From: an uncultured Actinomycetes bacterium
GTDB lineage: Bacteria > Actinomycetota > Thermoleophilia > Gaiellales > JAICJC01
NCBI GenBank assembly: GCA_963755675.1
Contig: CAVWLK010000087.1
Location: forward strand, 14,238 to 78,237
Reading direction: 5' to 3'
DNA length: 64,000 bases
A program made the translations under genes and the position numbers. Numbering within the stretch: the stretch's first letter is position 1; each line of letters opens with the position of its first letter. Positions 51,908 through 62,635 of this stretch are shown piece after piece. The notes beneath the pieces are model-generated. The model was not told the origin of the DNA. It did no database searches and was given only the letters and a program-made list of their open reading frames with translations.

Positions 51908-52515
51908 TGCGACAGCCACTGATCATCGGGGAGGACGGCCTGGCCCGCTGCTGGTGGGGCGGCTCGACACCTGACTACGCGCTCTACCACGACAGGGAGT
52001 GGGGCCGGCCGGTGACCGACGACCGCGGGTTGTACGAGCGGCTCACCCTGGAGGCGTTTCAGTCGGGGCTCTCCTGGCTGACGATTCTGCGCAAGCGCGA
52101 GGGCTTCCGGGCTGCGTTCGCCGGCTTCGAGATCGAGCGGGTGGCCGCGTTCGACGAGCGCGACATGGCGCGGCTGATGGCGGATGCGGCGATCGTGAGA
52201 AACCGGCTCAAGATCGACGCCGCGATCGCAAACGCCAGGGCGCTGGCGGCGATGCACCGGGCGGGCGAGACGCTTGCGGAGCTGGTATGGGCGCAGCGCC
52301 CGTCCGCGGCGTTTCCCACGCCGACCACGCTCGACGACCTGCCGGCCTCGACACCCGGCTCCAAGGAGCTCGCAAAGCAGCTCAAGGCCCGCGGCTTCCG
52401 CTTCGTCGGCCCCACCACGATGTACGCCGCACTGCAAGCCTGCGGCGTCGTCAACGACCACCTGCTCGGCTGCCACGTGCGGGACGAGGTGGAGGCGCTG
52501 CGGCAATCGGTGTGA
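51907..52515 (+). CDS. tag: DNA-3-methyladenine glycosylase I
   Basis: RCWW, YHDREWG, LEAFQSGLSW, IVRNRLKI, FVGPTT, NDHLLGC. Confidence 0.95.
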   Translation: MRQPLIIGEDGLARCWWGGSTPDYALYHDREWGRPVTDDRGLYERLTLEAFQSGLSWLTILRKREGFRAAFAGFEIERVAAFDERDMARLMADAAIVRNRLKIDAAIANARALAAMHRAGETLAELVWAQRPSAAFPTPTTLDDLPASTPGSKELAKQLKARGFRFVGPTTMYAALQACGVVNDHLLGCHVRDEVEALRQSV

Positions 52516-52534
52516 GGCCGCGTCGCCGCCGGCC

Positions 52535-52564
52535 GGGGTCTGACCCCGAATGGGGTCTGACCCC
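52535..52564. repeat. Tandem pair of GGGGTCTGACCCC palindromes
   Basis: GGGGTCTGACCCC-GAAT-GGGGTCTGACCCC. Confidence 0.75.
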
Positions 52565-52636
52565 TTTCACGCCTCGCCATCGGCGGTCGGCCGCCGCATC
52601 GCCAGCGTCGTAGCAGCACCCGGTAGGCTGTTTGTC

Positions 52637-53164
52637 GTGACCTTGCCAAACTGGCTTTCGCTTGGCCGTATCGTGCTGATTCCCGTGTTCATGGTCGCGC
52701 TGCTCGGGAACATCCAGCACGGTGACCTGATCGCGGTGATCGTGTTCAGCGTTGCCGCCGCGACCGACTCGCTGGACGGCTATCTGGCCCGCTCGCGGCA
52801 CGCCGTCACCACCGTCGGCAAGCTGCTCGACCCGCTCGCCGACAAGCTGCTCGTCTCGGCCGCGCTGATCTCGCTGGTCGAGCTCAACCGTCTCGCGGCC
52901 TGGGTGGCGATGGTGATCATCGCTCGCGAGTTCGCGGTCACGGGTCTGCGACTGATCGCCGCTGCGCAGAACATCGTGATCAGCGCCTCGCCATGGGGCA
53001 AGGTCAAGACCACAACGCAGGTGGCCGCGATCATCGCCCTGATCCTGGACGATCCGCCGCACCCCGCCACCACGGTACTGGTCGCCTGCGCGGTCGCGGC
53101 CACCATCTGGTCGGGCATGGAGTACTTCATCTCGAGCCGCGACGTGCTGCGGGAGCCGGCATGA
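52637..53164 (+). CDS. pgsA: Phosphatidylglycerophosphate synthase
   Basis: LPNWLS, DSLDGYLAR...GKLLDPLADK, GKVKT. TAGGCT lies 7 nt before the GTG. Confidence 0.92.
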   Translation: MTLPNWLSLGRIVLIPVFMVALLGNIQHGDLIAVIVFSVAAATDSLDGYLARSRHAVTTVGKLLDPLADKLLVSAALISLVELNRLAAWVAMVIIAREFAVTGLRLIAAAQNIVISASPWGKVKTTTQVAAIIALILDDPPHPATTVLVACAVAATIWSGMEYFISSRDVLREPA

Positions 53165-53754
53165 ACACGCTGCTCGCGGTCGTGATCGGCTACCTGCTGG
53201 GCGCCTGCACGTTCGGCTACTGGGCGGGACGGCTGCGCGGCATCGACCTGCGCGACGAGGGCAGCGGCAACACCGGCGGCACCAACGCGGTCAGGGTGCT
53301 GGGGGCGAAGGTGGGGATCCCGGTGATCGCGCTCGACGTCCTCAAGGGGACTGCGGCGGTGGTGATCGCCGGCCAGCTGGGCGGCACCGGCACCGAGGTG
53401 CTGGCCGGGACGGCGGCCGTGTTGGGCCACACCTTTCCGCTCTTCCTGCGCTTCCGCGGCGGCAAGGCGGTCGCCACCGGTGCCGGCGCGATGCTCGGCC
53501 TGGCGCCGTGGATCGCCGTCTGCGTGATCGTGCTGTGGATCGCGCTCGGCCTGGTCACGCGCTACATCTCGGTCGCCTCGATGCTGTCGGCGATCGCGTT
53601 CATGCTGCTGGCGATCGTGACCGACGAGCCCTGGCCGGTGATCGCGTTCACGGTGTTCGGCTCCGCGGTCGTGTTCTGGCGCCACCGCGGCAACCTGGCC
53701 CGGCTGCGCGACGGCACCGAGAACCGCCTCAACCTGCCGGCGCTGCGCCGGTGA
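53161..53754 (+). CDS. plsY: Glycerol-3-phosphate acyltransferase
   Basis: GSGNTGGTN, GHTFP, GGKAVAT, HRGN. Confidence 0.95.
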   Translation: MNTLLAVVIGYLLGACTFGYWAGRLRGIDLRDEGSGNTGGTNAVRVLGAKVGIPVIALDVLKGTAAVVIAGQLGGTGTEVLAGTAAVLGHTFPLFLRFRGGKAVATGAGAMLGLAPWIAVCVIVLWIALGLVTRYISVASMLSAIAFMLLAIVTDEPWPVIAFTVFGSAVVFWRHRGNLARLRDGTENRLNLPALRR

Positions 53755-54848
53755 GCGCGCTTCGGGCAGCGGTCTTCACCGGCGTCGACGCGCCGTTGGC
53801 GCTGGAGACGCTGGAGGCCGAGGCGCCGCGTGCAGGCGAGGTGGCGGTGCGGGTCGAGGCCTCCGGTCTCTGCCACTCCGACCTCCACGTGCTGATGGGC
53901 GAGTGGTCGGAGCGGCCGCCGATGGTCATGGGACACGAGGGCTGCGGCGTGGTCGAGGCGGTGGGTGACGGCGTGAGCCACGTCGCCCCCGGCGACCGCG
54001 TCGTCCTGAGCTGGTTCGCGCACTGCGGCACCTGCGCCCGTTGTCGCGACGGCCGGCCGTGGATCTGTCTCCGATCGCGGGCCAACGAGAGCCTGATGGC
54101 GGACGGTGGCACGCGGCTGCGGCGGCCGGACGGCGAGGCGGTGCGTTCCTACCTCGCGGTCGGCTCGCTGGCTGAGCGCGCGGTCGTCCCGGCCACCGGC
54201 GCGGTGTCGGTGCCATCCGCGCTGCCGCCGGATGCCGGCGCGCTGATCGGCTGTGCGGTCGCCACCGGGGTGGGAGCGGTGCTGAACACCGCCGCGGTGC
54301 GACCGGGTCAGACCGTCGTTGTGATCGGCTGTGGCGGCGTCGGCCTGTCTGCCGTGATGGGGGCGGTGCTGGCCGAGGCCGCGGCGATCGTGGCCGTGGA
54401 CCTGAGCGACGAGAAGCTCCGGCTGGCGTCGGACGTGGGGGCGACCCACGCGGTGCGCGCCGGCGATGCGGCCGGCGCCGAGCTGGCTTCGATCCTGCCC
54501 GACGGTCCCGACCACGTGTTCGAGGCGATCGGCCTCGTCTCGACCATCGAGTGGGCGATTCGCCTGCTGCCTCCCGGTGGCACGGCCACCCTGGTCGGCA
54601 TGACGCCCGAGGATCAGCGGATCTCGATCGATCCACTGCCGTTCTCGAGCGGCGGCCGCACGCTGCTCGGCTGCACCTACGGCTCGTGCGTCCCCGAGCG
54701 CGACTTCCCGCTCCTCGCCAAACTCCACCTCGACGGGCGGCTGCCGATCGACCGTCTGATCTCAGACCGGATCGCCTTGGACGACGTCAACCGCGCCTTC
54801 GACCTGATGCGCGCCGGCGACGGGGCCCGGAGGGTCGTGATCTTCTAG
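53751..54848 (+). CDS. Zn-dependent alcohol dehydrogenase
   Basis: GLCHSD, GHEGCG, CxxCxxC, GCGGVG. Confidence 0.9.
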   Translation: MSALRAAVFTGVDAPLALETLEAEAPRAGEVAVRVEASGLCHSDLHVLMGEWSERPPMVMGHEGCGVVEAVGDGVSHVAPGDRVVLSWFAHCGTCARCRDGRPWICLRSRANESLMADGGTRLRRPDGEAVRSYLAVGSLAERAVVPATGAVSVPSALPPDAGALIGCAVATGVGAVLNTAAVRPGQTVVVIGCGGVGLSAVMGAVLAEAAAIVAVDLSDEKLRLASDVGATHAVRAGDAAGAELASILPDGPDHVFEAIGLVSTIEWAIRLLPPGGTATLVGMTPEDQRISIDPLPFSSGGRTLLGCTYGSCVPERDFPLLAKLHLDGRLPIDRLISDRIALDDVNRAFDLMRAGDGARRVVIF

Positions 54849-54858
54849 GATTGGCGGC

Positions 54859-54939
54859 ATGAGCGGCGCGACTGTCGTTACGGCGATCCTGTTGATCGTC
54901 GCGCTGGTGCTGATCGCTCGGCGATTCGGCCGGAGATAG
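54859..54939 (+). CDS. Candidate leaderless 26-aa single-TM micropeptide
   Basis: MSGATVVTAILLIVALVLIARRFGRR; TAGGAT lies 7 nt before the ATG. Confidence 0.55.
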   Translation: MSGATVVTAILLIVALVLIARRFGRR

Positions 54940-54947
54940 CCGCTCGC

Positions 54948-55931
54948 CTACTGTGATTCCAGCCAAGCCCGGGCGGTGGTGTGCTCGGAGTGCGCCTCCT
55001 CACCGGCCAGCTCGGCGCGCAGCTCGCGTACGACGCCGTGGCGCTCGGCCAGCACGTCGTGGTTGTGGATCGTCTCGAAGTTGACCTGCCGTGCCAGCAC
55101 GAAGCAGCCGTCGGACAGATCGGCGTAGTGCTCGAGCGTCCCGGCGACCATCAGCCGCACCGAGTCCTCGACGAAGCGCGGATGCAGGTGGGCCTGCTCG
55201 ACCACGTACAGCTCGTCGGGCCGCTTCAGCAGCTCGAAGATGGGCGCGCTCATCGACCGCTCGGCGATCCCGATCAGGTCGCGGGCGTCCACCTCGCGGG
55301 TGGTGCCCAGCATCAGCGTCGCCTCGGCGCGCTGATTGTGGGTTGCGGCCGGAAGCAGCGAGAAGATCTCGTCGATCTGGGCGGTCTCGTAGCCCGCCTC
55401 GCGCAGCCGCTCGTTGGCCCGCTCGCGCACGAGCCCCTGCGCGCATGGGCAGGCGTTCAGGCCCCGGACCTCGACGCCGACCATGCGGCGGGCGGAGCTG
55501 CCGTTCACCAGCGCCTGTCCGATCAGGGTGTAGATCTCCTGCGTGGGAAGGTCGCTGACCGGCGTCCGCCGCGTGACCGGGAACTTGGCCTTGATCGTGA
55601 CCTCGCTGCGCACCGCCTCCTGGCGCTCGACGATCTGGGCAGCGATGTGCTCGGCGAGGTCCTCGACGTGCAGCGATTCGCCGATCACGACCCGGTCGAT
55701 GGCCTCGGCCACCGTCTCGGGGAAGCGCGACATGTGGACGCCCTTCTGCGACGGATCGAGGTCGACGAAGGCGTCGATGTCCGCGTAGTAGACGAGCTCG
55801 GTGCCGGCGTGGGCGATCCGGATCACCTTGTGCACGCCTGTCACGCCGGCCCGTGTCAGCGCCAGGTGCACCTCTGGCTCGGCCGCCTGCAGATCGTGGG
55901 TGAACGTCTGTCCCTCGAGCATTGCGCACAT
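54948..55931 (-). CDS. folE2: GTP cyclohydrolase IB (FolE2/MptA family)
   Basis: DLQ, KGVHMSRF, NACPCA, THNQR, LKRPDE, PRFVED, ETIHNHD. Confidence 0.92.
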   Translation of the reverse strand: MCAMLEGQTFTHDLQAAEPEVHLALTRAGVTGVHKVIRIAHAGTELVYYADIDAFVDLDPSQKGVHMSRFPETVAEAIDRVVIGESLHVEDLAEHIAAQIVERQEAVRSEVTIKAKFPVTRRTPVSDLPTQEIYTLIGQALVNGSSARRMVGVEVRGLNACPCAQGLVRERANERLREAGYETAQIDEIFSLLPAATHNQRAEATLMLGTTREVDARDLIGIAERSMSAPIFELLKRPDELYVVEQAHLHPRFVEDSVRLMVAGTLEHYADLSDGCFVLARQVNFETIHNHDVLAERHGVVRELRAELAGEEAHSEHTTARAWLESQ

Positions 55932-55947
55932 GGTAGTTGCCTCCTCC

Positions 55948-56790
55948 TCACTCCCGCAGCAGCCGGGAGAGTCGCCGGTCGGCCAGCACCCGCCCATCGG
56001 TCTGGCAGGTGGGGCAGTAGTAAAGAGTGTGTTCGTCAAACGAGACGAATCGGATTTCATTCCCGCATCTGGGGCATTCTTCGCCGGCGCGATCGTGAAC
56101 CGCGTAGCCACGCGCCGCCTTGGTGGCCAGGCCGGCTCCGCTGAGCGGCACCAGCCGCTCGACGGCGTCAGCCAGCAGGCCCGTGATCGCAGCGTGGAAC
56201 CGGATCAACTCCTCGTCGGACAGGGTCGCGCTGCGGGCGTAGGGCGAGAGCTGGGCGGCGTGCAGGATCTCGTTGGCGTAGGCGCGGCCGATGCCGGCGA
56301 TCGCCCGCTGGTCGCGCAGGAAGGCGTGCAGCTGGTGCGGGTGCTCGGCCAGAGCGCGGCGCAGGGCGTCGACCGTGAACTCCGGATCCAGCGGCTCCGG
56401 GCCGAGGTGGGCCAGCTCGGCCTCGACCGCCTGCGGCGCGAGCAGCCATGCCCCGGCGCGCCGCTTCTTGCCCGGTTCGCTCATCGCCAACTGGAGGCCG
56501 TCGGTGAAGGCAACCGCGAGCATCGCCGAACGGGGGCGGGCGTCGCCCACCGACAACCGCCCGGCCGACATCAGGTGCAGCATCAGCACCGGGCCGGAGT
56601 CGGTGTCGAAGAGCAGCCGCTTCGCCCGCCGGCGCAGGTCCACGAACCGGCCGCCGGCCAGTGAGGCGATCGGCGGGTCGATCGTCTTTACGGTCGCGAA
56701 GTGGGCGACCGGTACCGACTCGATCGGGCTGGCGCACAGCCGCTCGCGCTGGGCGCGGACGAAGGCCTCCAGTTCGGGTAGCTCGGGCAT
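55948..56790 (-). CDS. Fpg/Nei-family DNA glycosylase
   Basis: MPELPE, HLMSAG, GIGRAYANE, C-terminal CxxC..CxxC zinc finger. Confidence 0.92.
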   Translation of the reverse strand: MPELPELEAFVRAQRERLCASPIESVPVAHFATVKTIDPPIASLAGGRFVDLRRRAKRLLFDTDSGPVLMLHLMSAGRLSVGDARPRSAMLAVAFTDGLQLAMSEPGKKRRAGAWLLAPQAVEAELAHLGPEPLDPEFTVDALRRALAEHPHQLHAFLRDQRAIAGIGRAYANEILHAAQLSPYARSATLSDEELIRFHAAITGLLADAVERLVPLSGAGLATKAARGYAVHDRAGEECPRCGNEIRFVSFDEHTLYYCPTCQTDGRVLADRRLSRLLRE

Positions 56791-56812
56791 CTCCCCGTTA
56801 GGGTATGCGCTG

Positions 56813-57733
56813 ATGAGCGTCACCGCCGTCCGCGGCGGCCTCGAGGAGAGCCGTCACCAGGTGCACGTCGCGGTCGCCGGAGCCGACGGCGAGCTGGTGG
56901 CGTGGCACGGCGACCCCTTGCGGGTAACCACGCTTCGATCGGCGGCCAAGCCGTTCCAGGCCGAGCCGCTGGCCGAGTCGGGGGCGCTGGAGGCGTTCGG
57001 CATCGACGACGAGACGCTGGCGGTGTGCTGCGCCTCGCACGCCGGCAGTGACGCCCACGTCGCCGCCGTGCGCCGCGGTCTGGATGCGGCCGGGGTGGAC
57101 GCCGAGCGGCTGCGAAACACGGCCGGCTCTGTCGATGCGCGGCTCCGCCACAACTGCTCTGGCAATCACCTCGCCTTCCTTGCCCTGTCCGCCCACCGCG
57201 GCTGGGAGCTCGACGGGTATTGGGAGCCGTCGCATCCGTCCCAGCGGGCGGCGCTGCAGGCGGTCTCGGCGGCCGCGGGCGTGGCGGCGGAGGACGTCGG
57301 TACCTGCGTCGACGGCTGCGGTGTCGTCTGCTTCGCGCTGCCGCTGGCCACGATTGCGTCGATGTACGCGCGGCTGCCGCGCCTGCTGCCGCGACAGTAC
57401 GCCGCGATGCGCGCGCACCCCGAGATGGTTGCCGAGGATGGCGACTTCGACACCGAGCTGATGCGCGCCCTGGGCGGCGCGGTCGCCAAGTCGGGAGCCG
57501 AGGGGCTGGGCTGCGTCGGCCTTCCCGCGGCCGGACTGGGAATCGCCGTCAGAACCGAGGACGGTGCGTCGCGGGCGGTCGCACCGGCCCTGATCGACGT
57601 GCTCGGTCAGCTGCTGGCGTGGAAGCGGCCGCCGGAGGCTCTGATCGGATTCGCACAGCCCTCGCTGCGAAACTCTCCCGGCGACATTGTGGGATTCCTC
57701 CGCGCAACCGTGCCGCTGGACCGGGTGTCGTGA
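56813..57733 (+). CDS. Class 3 (Rhizobium-type) L-asparaginase II
   Basis: RSAAKPFQ, CASH, HNCSGNH, DGC, AKSGAEG. Confidence 0.85.
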   Translation: MSVTAVRGGLEESRHQVHVAVAGADGELVAWHGDPLRVTTLRSAAKPFQAEPLAESGALEAFGIDDETLAVCCASHAGSDAHVAAVRRGLDAAGVDAERLRNTAGSVDARLRHNCSGNHLAFLALSAHRGWELDGYWEPSHPSQRAALQAVSAAAGVAAEDVGTCVDGCGVVCFALPLATIASMYARLPRLLPRQYAAMRAHPEMVAEDGDFDTELMRALGGAVAKSGAEGLGCVGLPAAGLGIAVRTEDGASRAVAPALIDVLGQLLAWKRPPEALIGFAQPSLRNSPGDIVGFLRATVPLDRVS

Positions 57734-57936
57734 CCGAAATCGGACGCCACGGGCTGGTGAAGAAACTTGCATCGGTTGGTGAAAATTTGGGTCGCGCGGC
57801 GAAAAACCGCGGGTATACTCCGGGCGTCTGCGCTTCATTCTGCCGTCGCTGACGGCGGCCGCGGGCGGCCCGTACGCCGTCTCGGTCGGGTCGGCGGCGG
57901 AGTCCTTCATCCATACCGACGTCATACGAGGGTGCC

Positions 57937-59025
57937 ATGCTGACTGTCGACATCTCGCTGCCCGACATCGAGGAGCTGAAAGCGCTCGTCACGGAGGGTC
58001 AGGAGAAGGGCTATCTCACGTTCGACGAGGTGGCCACGGCGCTCGAAGAGATCGAGCTGACGAAGGAGCAGCTGGAGGACTTCTACACCTACCTGCTCGA
58101 GCACAACATCGAGCTGCTGGACGGGGAGTCGAAGCAGCAGGCCCAGCAGGATCGGCTGATCCACGGCGAGAAGCCGCCCGAGCTCGACCTCACCGTCGAG
58201 CCCAGCCTCGACTCGCTGCGGCTCTACCTCCGCGAGATCGGCAAGGTGCCGCTGCTGACCGCCGACCAGGAGGTCAGCCTGGCGAAGCGGATCGAGCGCG
58301 GCGACATGCGTGCGAAGCAGCAGATGATCGAGGCCAACCTGCGCCTGGTCGTCTCGATCGCCAAGGGCTACCTGGGCCGCGGGCTGAGCTTCCTCGACCT
58401 GATCCAGGAGGGCAGCCTGGGGCTGATCCGCGCGGTCGAGAAGTTCGACTACCGCAAGGGCTACAAGTTCTCCACGTACGCGACGTGGTGGATCCGCCAG
58501 GCCGTGACGCGGGCGATCGCCGACAAGGCGCGCACGATCCGGATCCCCGTGCACATGGTCGAGAAGCTGAACCGCGTCGTCCACATCGAGCGCCAGCTGG
58601 TGCAGCGTCTGGGTCGCGAGCCGCGCCCGGACGAGATCGCACGCGAGCTCTCGATGACCGCTGACGAGGTGCGCGACATCTTGCGCATGGCGCAGCTGCC
58701 GGTCAGCCTCGAAAAGCCGATAGGCGAAGAGGAGGAGTCCGAGCTGGGCGACTTCGTGCAGGACGAGCAGGCCGTCTCGCCGTTCGACTCTGCCACGATG
58801 ACGCTCCGCAAGGAGGACATCGAGCGGGCGCTCGACTCGCTGCCGGAGCGCGAGCGCAAGGTGATCGAGCTGCGGTTCGGCCTCAAGGGCGAGCACCCCT
58901 GCACGCTGGAGGAGGTCGGGCGCGCGTTCGGCGTCACCCGAGAGCGGATTCGCCAGATCGAGAACAACACCCTCAAGAAGCTGGAGAGCCTGCCCGAGGC
59001 GCAGGCGCTCCGTAACGCCGAGTAG
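57937..59025 (+). CDS. RpoD/SigA-family sigma factor with region 1.1
   Basis: [50 protein letters not shown]; upstream TATACT at ~57814. Confidence 0.93.
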   Translation: MLTVDISLPDIEELKALVTEGQEKGYLTFDEVATALEEIELTKEQLEDFYTYLLEHNIELLDGESKQQAQQDRLIHGEKPPELDLTVEPSLDSLRLYLREIGKVPLLTADQEVSLAKRIERGDMRAKQQMIEANLRLVVSIAKGYLGRGLSFLDLIQEGSLGLIRAVEKFDYRKGYKFSTYATWWIRQAVTRAIADKARTIRIPVHMVEKLNRVVHIERQLVQRLGREPRPDEIARELSMTADEVRDILRMAQLPVSLEKPIGEEEESELGDFVQDEQAVSPFDSATMTLRKEDIERALDSLPERERKVIELRFGLKGEHPCTLEEVGRAFGVTRERIRQIENNTLKKLESLPEAQALRNAE

Positions 59026-59098
59026 GGCGGCGCTCTCGAGGTCGATCGATCAGTGCTGCTGCCGCGCGCCGGCCGCACGGTAGAATGGCACTCGCCTC

Positions 59099-59180
59099 GG
59101 GGGGGTGTCCGAGTGGTTAAAGGAGACGGGCTGTAAACCCGTTGGCTCTGCCTACACAGGTTCGAATCCTGTCCCCCCCA
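59099..59180 (+). tRNA. tRNA-Tyr (GTA), CCA not encoded
   Basis: G7/C7 acceptor stem, ACGGG-CTGTAAA-CCCGT anticodon arm, long variable arm, GGTTCGAATCC; TAGAAT upstream. Confidence 0.96.
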
Positions 59181-59244
59181 TCGCCGTCGTAACGATCACC
59201 GCCGCGGGGTACCTATCCAACAGCAGGCCCCGTAGACTCATCGC

Positions 59245-62200
59245 GTGGCCATCTGCCTGAAATGCGGCCAGGATAACCCGGACGGCTTCCGGTTCTGCGG
59301 GGCTTGTGGCGTTGCGCTGACCACCACCGTCGTCAGCGAAGAGCGCAAGGTGGTGACGGTGCTCTTCGCCGACCTCGTCGGCTTCACCAGCCGCAGTGAA
59401 CGCATGGACGTCGAGGACGTGCGCGGAACACTCGCCCCTTACCACGCGCTGCTCCGCGAGCAGTTGGAGCATTACGGCGGCACGGTCGAAAAGTTCATCG
59501 GCGACGCGGTGATGGCGCTGTTCGGTGCGCCGGTCGCCCACGAGGACGATCCTGAGCGCGCGGTGCGTGCAGCGCTCTCGATCCGGGCTGCGATCGCGCG
59601 GCTGAACGACGAAGAGCCCGGCCTCGACCTGCACGTTCGCGTGGGCGTGAACACCGGCGAGGCGCTAGTCGTCCTCGGTGCCGATGCTGCTCGCGGCGAG
59701 GGCGTGGCATCCGGGGACGTCGTCAACACCGCGGCGCGGCTGCAGGCGTCAGCCCCGGTTGACGGCATCCTCGTCGGCGAGACCACCTACCACGCCACCA
59801 ACCGCGCCATCACGTACCGGGAGGCGGAGGCGGTCGTTGCCAAGGGCAAGTCGCAGCCGCTGCTCGTGTGGGAGGCGGTCGAGGCGCGGGCGAGGCTGGG
59901 CGTGGATGTCGTGCAGCGCCCGACCACGCCGCTGGTGGGGCGGAGCGAAGAGGTAGACCTGCTGCTGGACGCGCTCCGTCGCTGCCGCTCCGAACAAACC
60001 GTGCAGCTGGTCACGCTGGTCGCGGCGCCCGGTATCGGCAAGTCCCGGCTGGTCTGGGAGCTGATGAAGGCGGTCGAGCGCGACCCCGACTTCATCACCT
60101 GGCGCCAGGGGCGATCGCTGCCGTATGGCGACGGTGTCACCTACTGGGCGCTGGGCGAGATGGTGAAGGCACAAGCCGGCATCCTCGACTCCGACACCGC
60201 GCAGCAGGCCGAGGACAAGCTGCAGGCCTCGGTGGCTGATCTGATCCACGATCCCGCTGAGGCGGCTTGGGTGATGGAACACGTACGCGCGCTGGCCGGC
60301 CTCGAGGGAGCGGGCCGGCGGAGACCGCCACGCCGAAGCGGTGGGCGCGTGGCGCCGGTTCCTGGAGGCGCTGGCCGACCGGAGTCCGCTGGTGCTGGTC
60401 TTCGAGGATCTGCATTGGGCCGACGAGGCGTTGCTCGACTTCATCGACCACCTGGCCGACTGGGCTCGTGATGTGCCGATGCTGGTCGTCTGCACGGCCC
60501 GCCCCGAGTTGCTGGATCGTCGTGCCGGCTGGGGCGGCGGCAAACGGAACGCCCTCACGGTGGCGCTGTCGCCCCTGGCCGACGCAGACATCGCGCGGCT
60601 GATCGGCGCCCTCCTTGAACAGGCGCTGCTGCCGGCCGAGACGCAGGTGATGCTGCTCAGCACGGCGGAGGGCAACCCGCTCTACGCCGAGGAGTACGTG
60701 CGCATGCTGATCGACCGCGGCCATCTGCAACACGAGGGCGGTCGGTGGCGTCTCGAGGTCGGTGCCGAGCTGCCCCTCCCGGAATCCGTGCAAGGGCTGA
60801 TTGCCGCTCGGCTCGATGACCTGCCGGGCGATCAGAAGCGACTTCTGCAGGATGCTGCCGTGCTGGGCAAGGTGGTCTGGCTGGGAGCGCTTGCCGCGAT
60901 GAGCGGCATCGATCGCCACCTTGCGGAGACGCATCTGCATGGGCTGGAACGGCGGGAGATGCTGCGGCGGGAGCGGCGCTCGACGGTGGCCGCCGACACG
61001 GAGTACGCGTTTCGCCACGTGTTGATGCGCGACGTCGCATACGGGCAGATCCCGCGGGCCCAGCGTGCCGAGAAGCACCGGCGGGCGGCGGACTGGATCG
61101 AGTCGCTGTCGGTCGACCGCGGCGACGCGTCCGACATGCTCGCGCACCACTATGCGCAGGCGCTCAAGTACGCCCGGGAAACGGGGCAGCCGACCGACGA
61201 GCTCGAGCTGCGCGCACGTATCGCGCTGCGCGATGCGGGCGACCGGGCGCTGGCACTCAGCTCGCTGACTGCCGCTCAGCAGCATTACGCGGCGGCCCTG
61301 GCGCTGTGGCCGCGGGACGACCCGGACTGGCCGCAACTGGTGATCGCCACCGCCGATGCCGGCCTGAGCATGACCAGTGACGAGATGAGCGAGGCCCTGG
61401 AACAGGCACGCGACCGGCTGGAGGCTGCGGGCGACCTGGCCGGCGCCGCCAAGGCCGAGATGCTGAACGGGTACCGCTACTGGAACGAAGCGCGGAGCGA
61501 GCGTGCGCTGGCCGCCTTCGCGGCGGCGCGGAGCCTGATCGAGCGGGCAGAACCATCCGCGGCGATGGCTCACGTTGCCGCCAGGTTGGCGATCCAGTCG
61601 ATGCTGCGCAGCGAGTACGACGAGACGTTGGCCATGTGCGAGCGCGTGCTTCGCATCGCCGACCAGCTCGATTCGGACGACCTTCGCCTCCACGTCCTCA
61701 ACACTCGCGGCGTCGCTCGCGTCGTGCAGCGGGGCGATCTCGGCGGACTGGCCGACATGGAGGAGAGCATCGCGATCGCTGAGCGGTCGACCATGGTCGA
61801 AGGGATGATCCGAGGCTACAAGAATCTTGGCAGCACGCTCTGGGAGCTCGGGGAGCTCGATCGCGCGGTGGATCTGGAGCGCCGCGGCGCGGAGGTGGCG
61901 CGGCGCTTCGGCATCGACTTTCAGGTGGCGTGGTTCGAGACCGAGCTGGGGGCCCTCGCGTATCTCGACGGCGACTGGGAAGGTGCGATGGAAGCGTGCG
62001 CCAGCCTCGACCGATGGGTGGCGCGGGTCGGGCCGCACTACATGGAGGCGGGCATGCTCGGCACGCGCGGGTTGATCCTTGCCGCACGCGGCGACCCGGG
62101 CGCCCAGTCCTGCATCGATCGCGCGCTTGACTTCGGCCGTCGTTCGGGCGAGGCGCAGGTGCTGTTCCCAGCTCTCGCCGAGGCCGCCCTGATCGCCGCG

Positions 62201-62617
62201 GCGAGCGGTGGCACCGATGCCGCCAAGCGCGTCTCGGAGCTGTTCGACGAGCTGGTCGAGATCGCATCAGACGGTGTCCAGGCCAGCTACTGGTCGGCCG
62301 AGTTCGCGCTTGCGCTGGCGTTGTCCGGTCAGGCGGAACGCTTCGCGCGGCTCGACGTGACCGGCCCGTCGCGGTGGCTGCCCATCGCCCGGCGGATCAT
62401 CGCAGGCGAGTATGCCGAGGCCGCGGACGGACTGGCAGAGATCGGCCACAAGCCCGCCGAGGCGCTTACGAGACTCCTTGCCGCTCGTGGCGAGATTGGT
62501 CGCGGCAACCGCGAGGCCGGCGAAGCACAGCTTCGACGCGCAGAGGAATTCTGGGTCGGAGTGGGAGCGAAGCGGTACCACGAGGCCGCTGCGGCGCTGA
62601 CAGCGCAGACGGCCTGA
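59245..62617 (+). CDS. Zinc ribbon + class III nucleotide cyclase + AAA/STAND ATPase + TPR-like protein (frameshift ~60310)
   Basis: CxxC..CxxC, FADLVGF, KFIGDA, VVNTAARL, PGIGKS, FEDLHWAD, GNPLY, FRHVL. Confidence 0.9.
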
Positions 62618-62635
62618 GCCGGGCATCAAGGCTCC

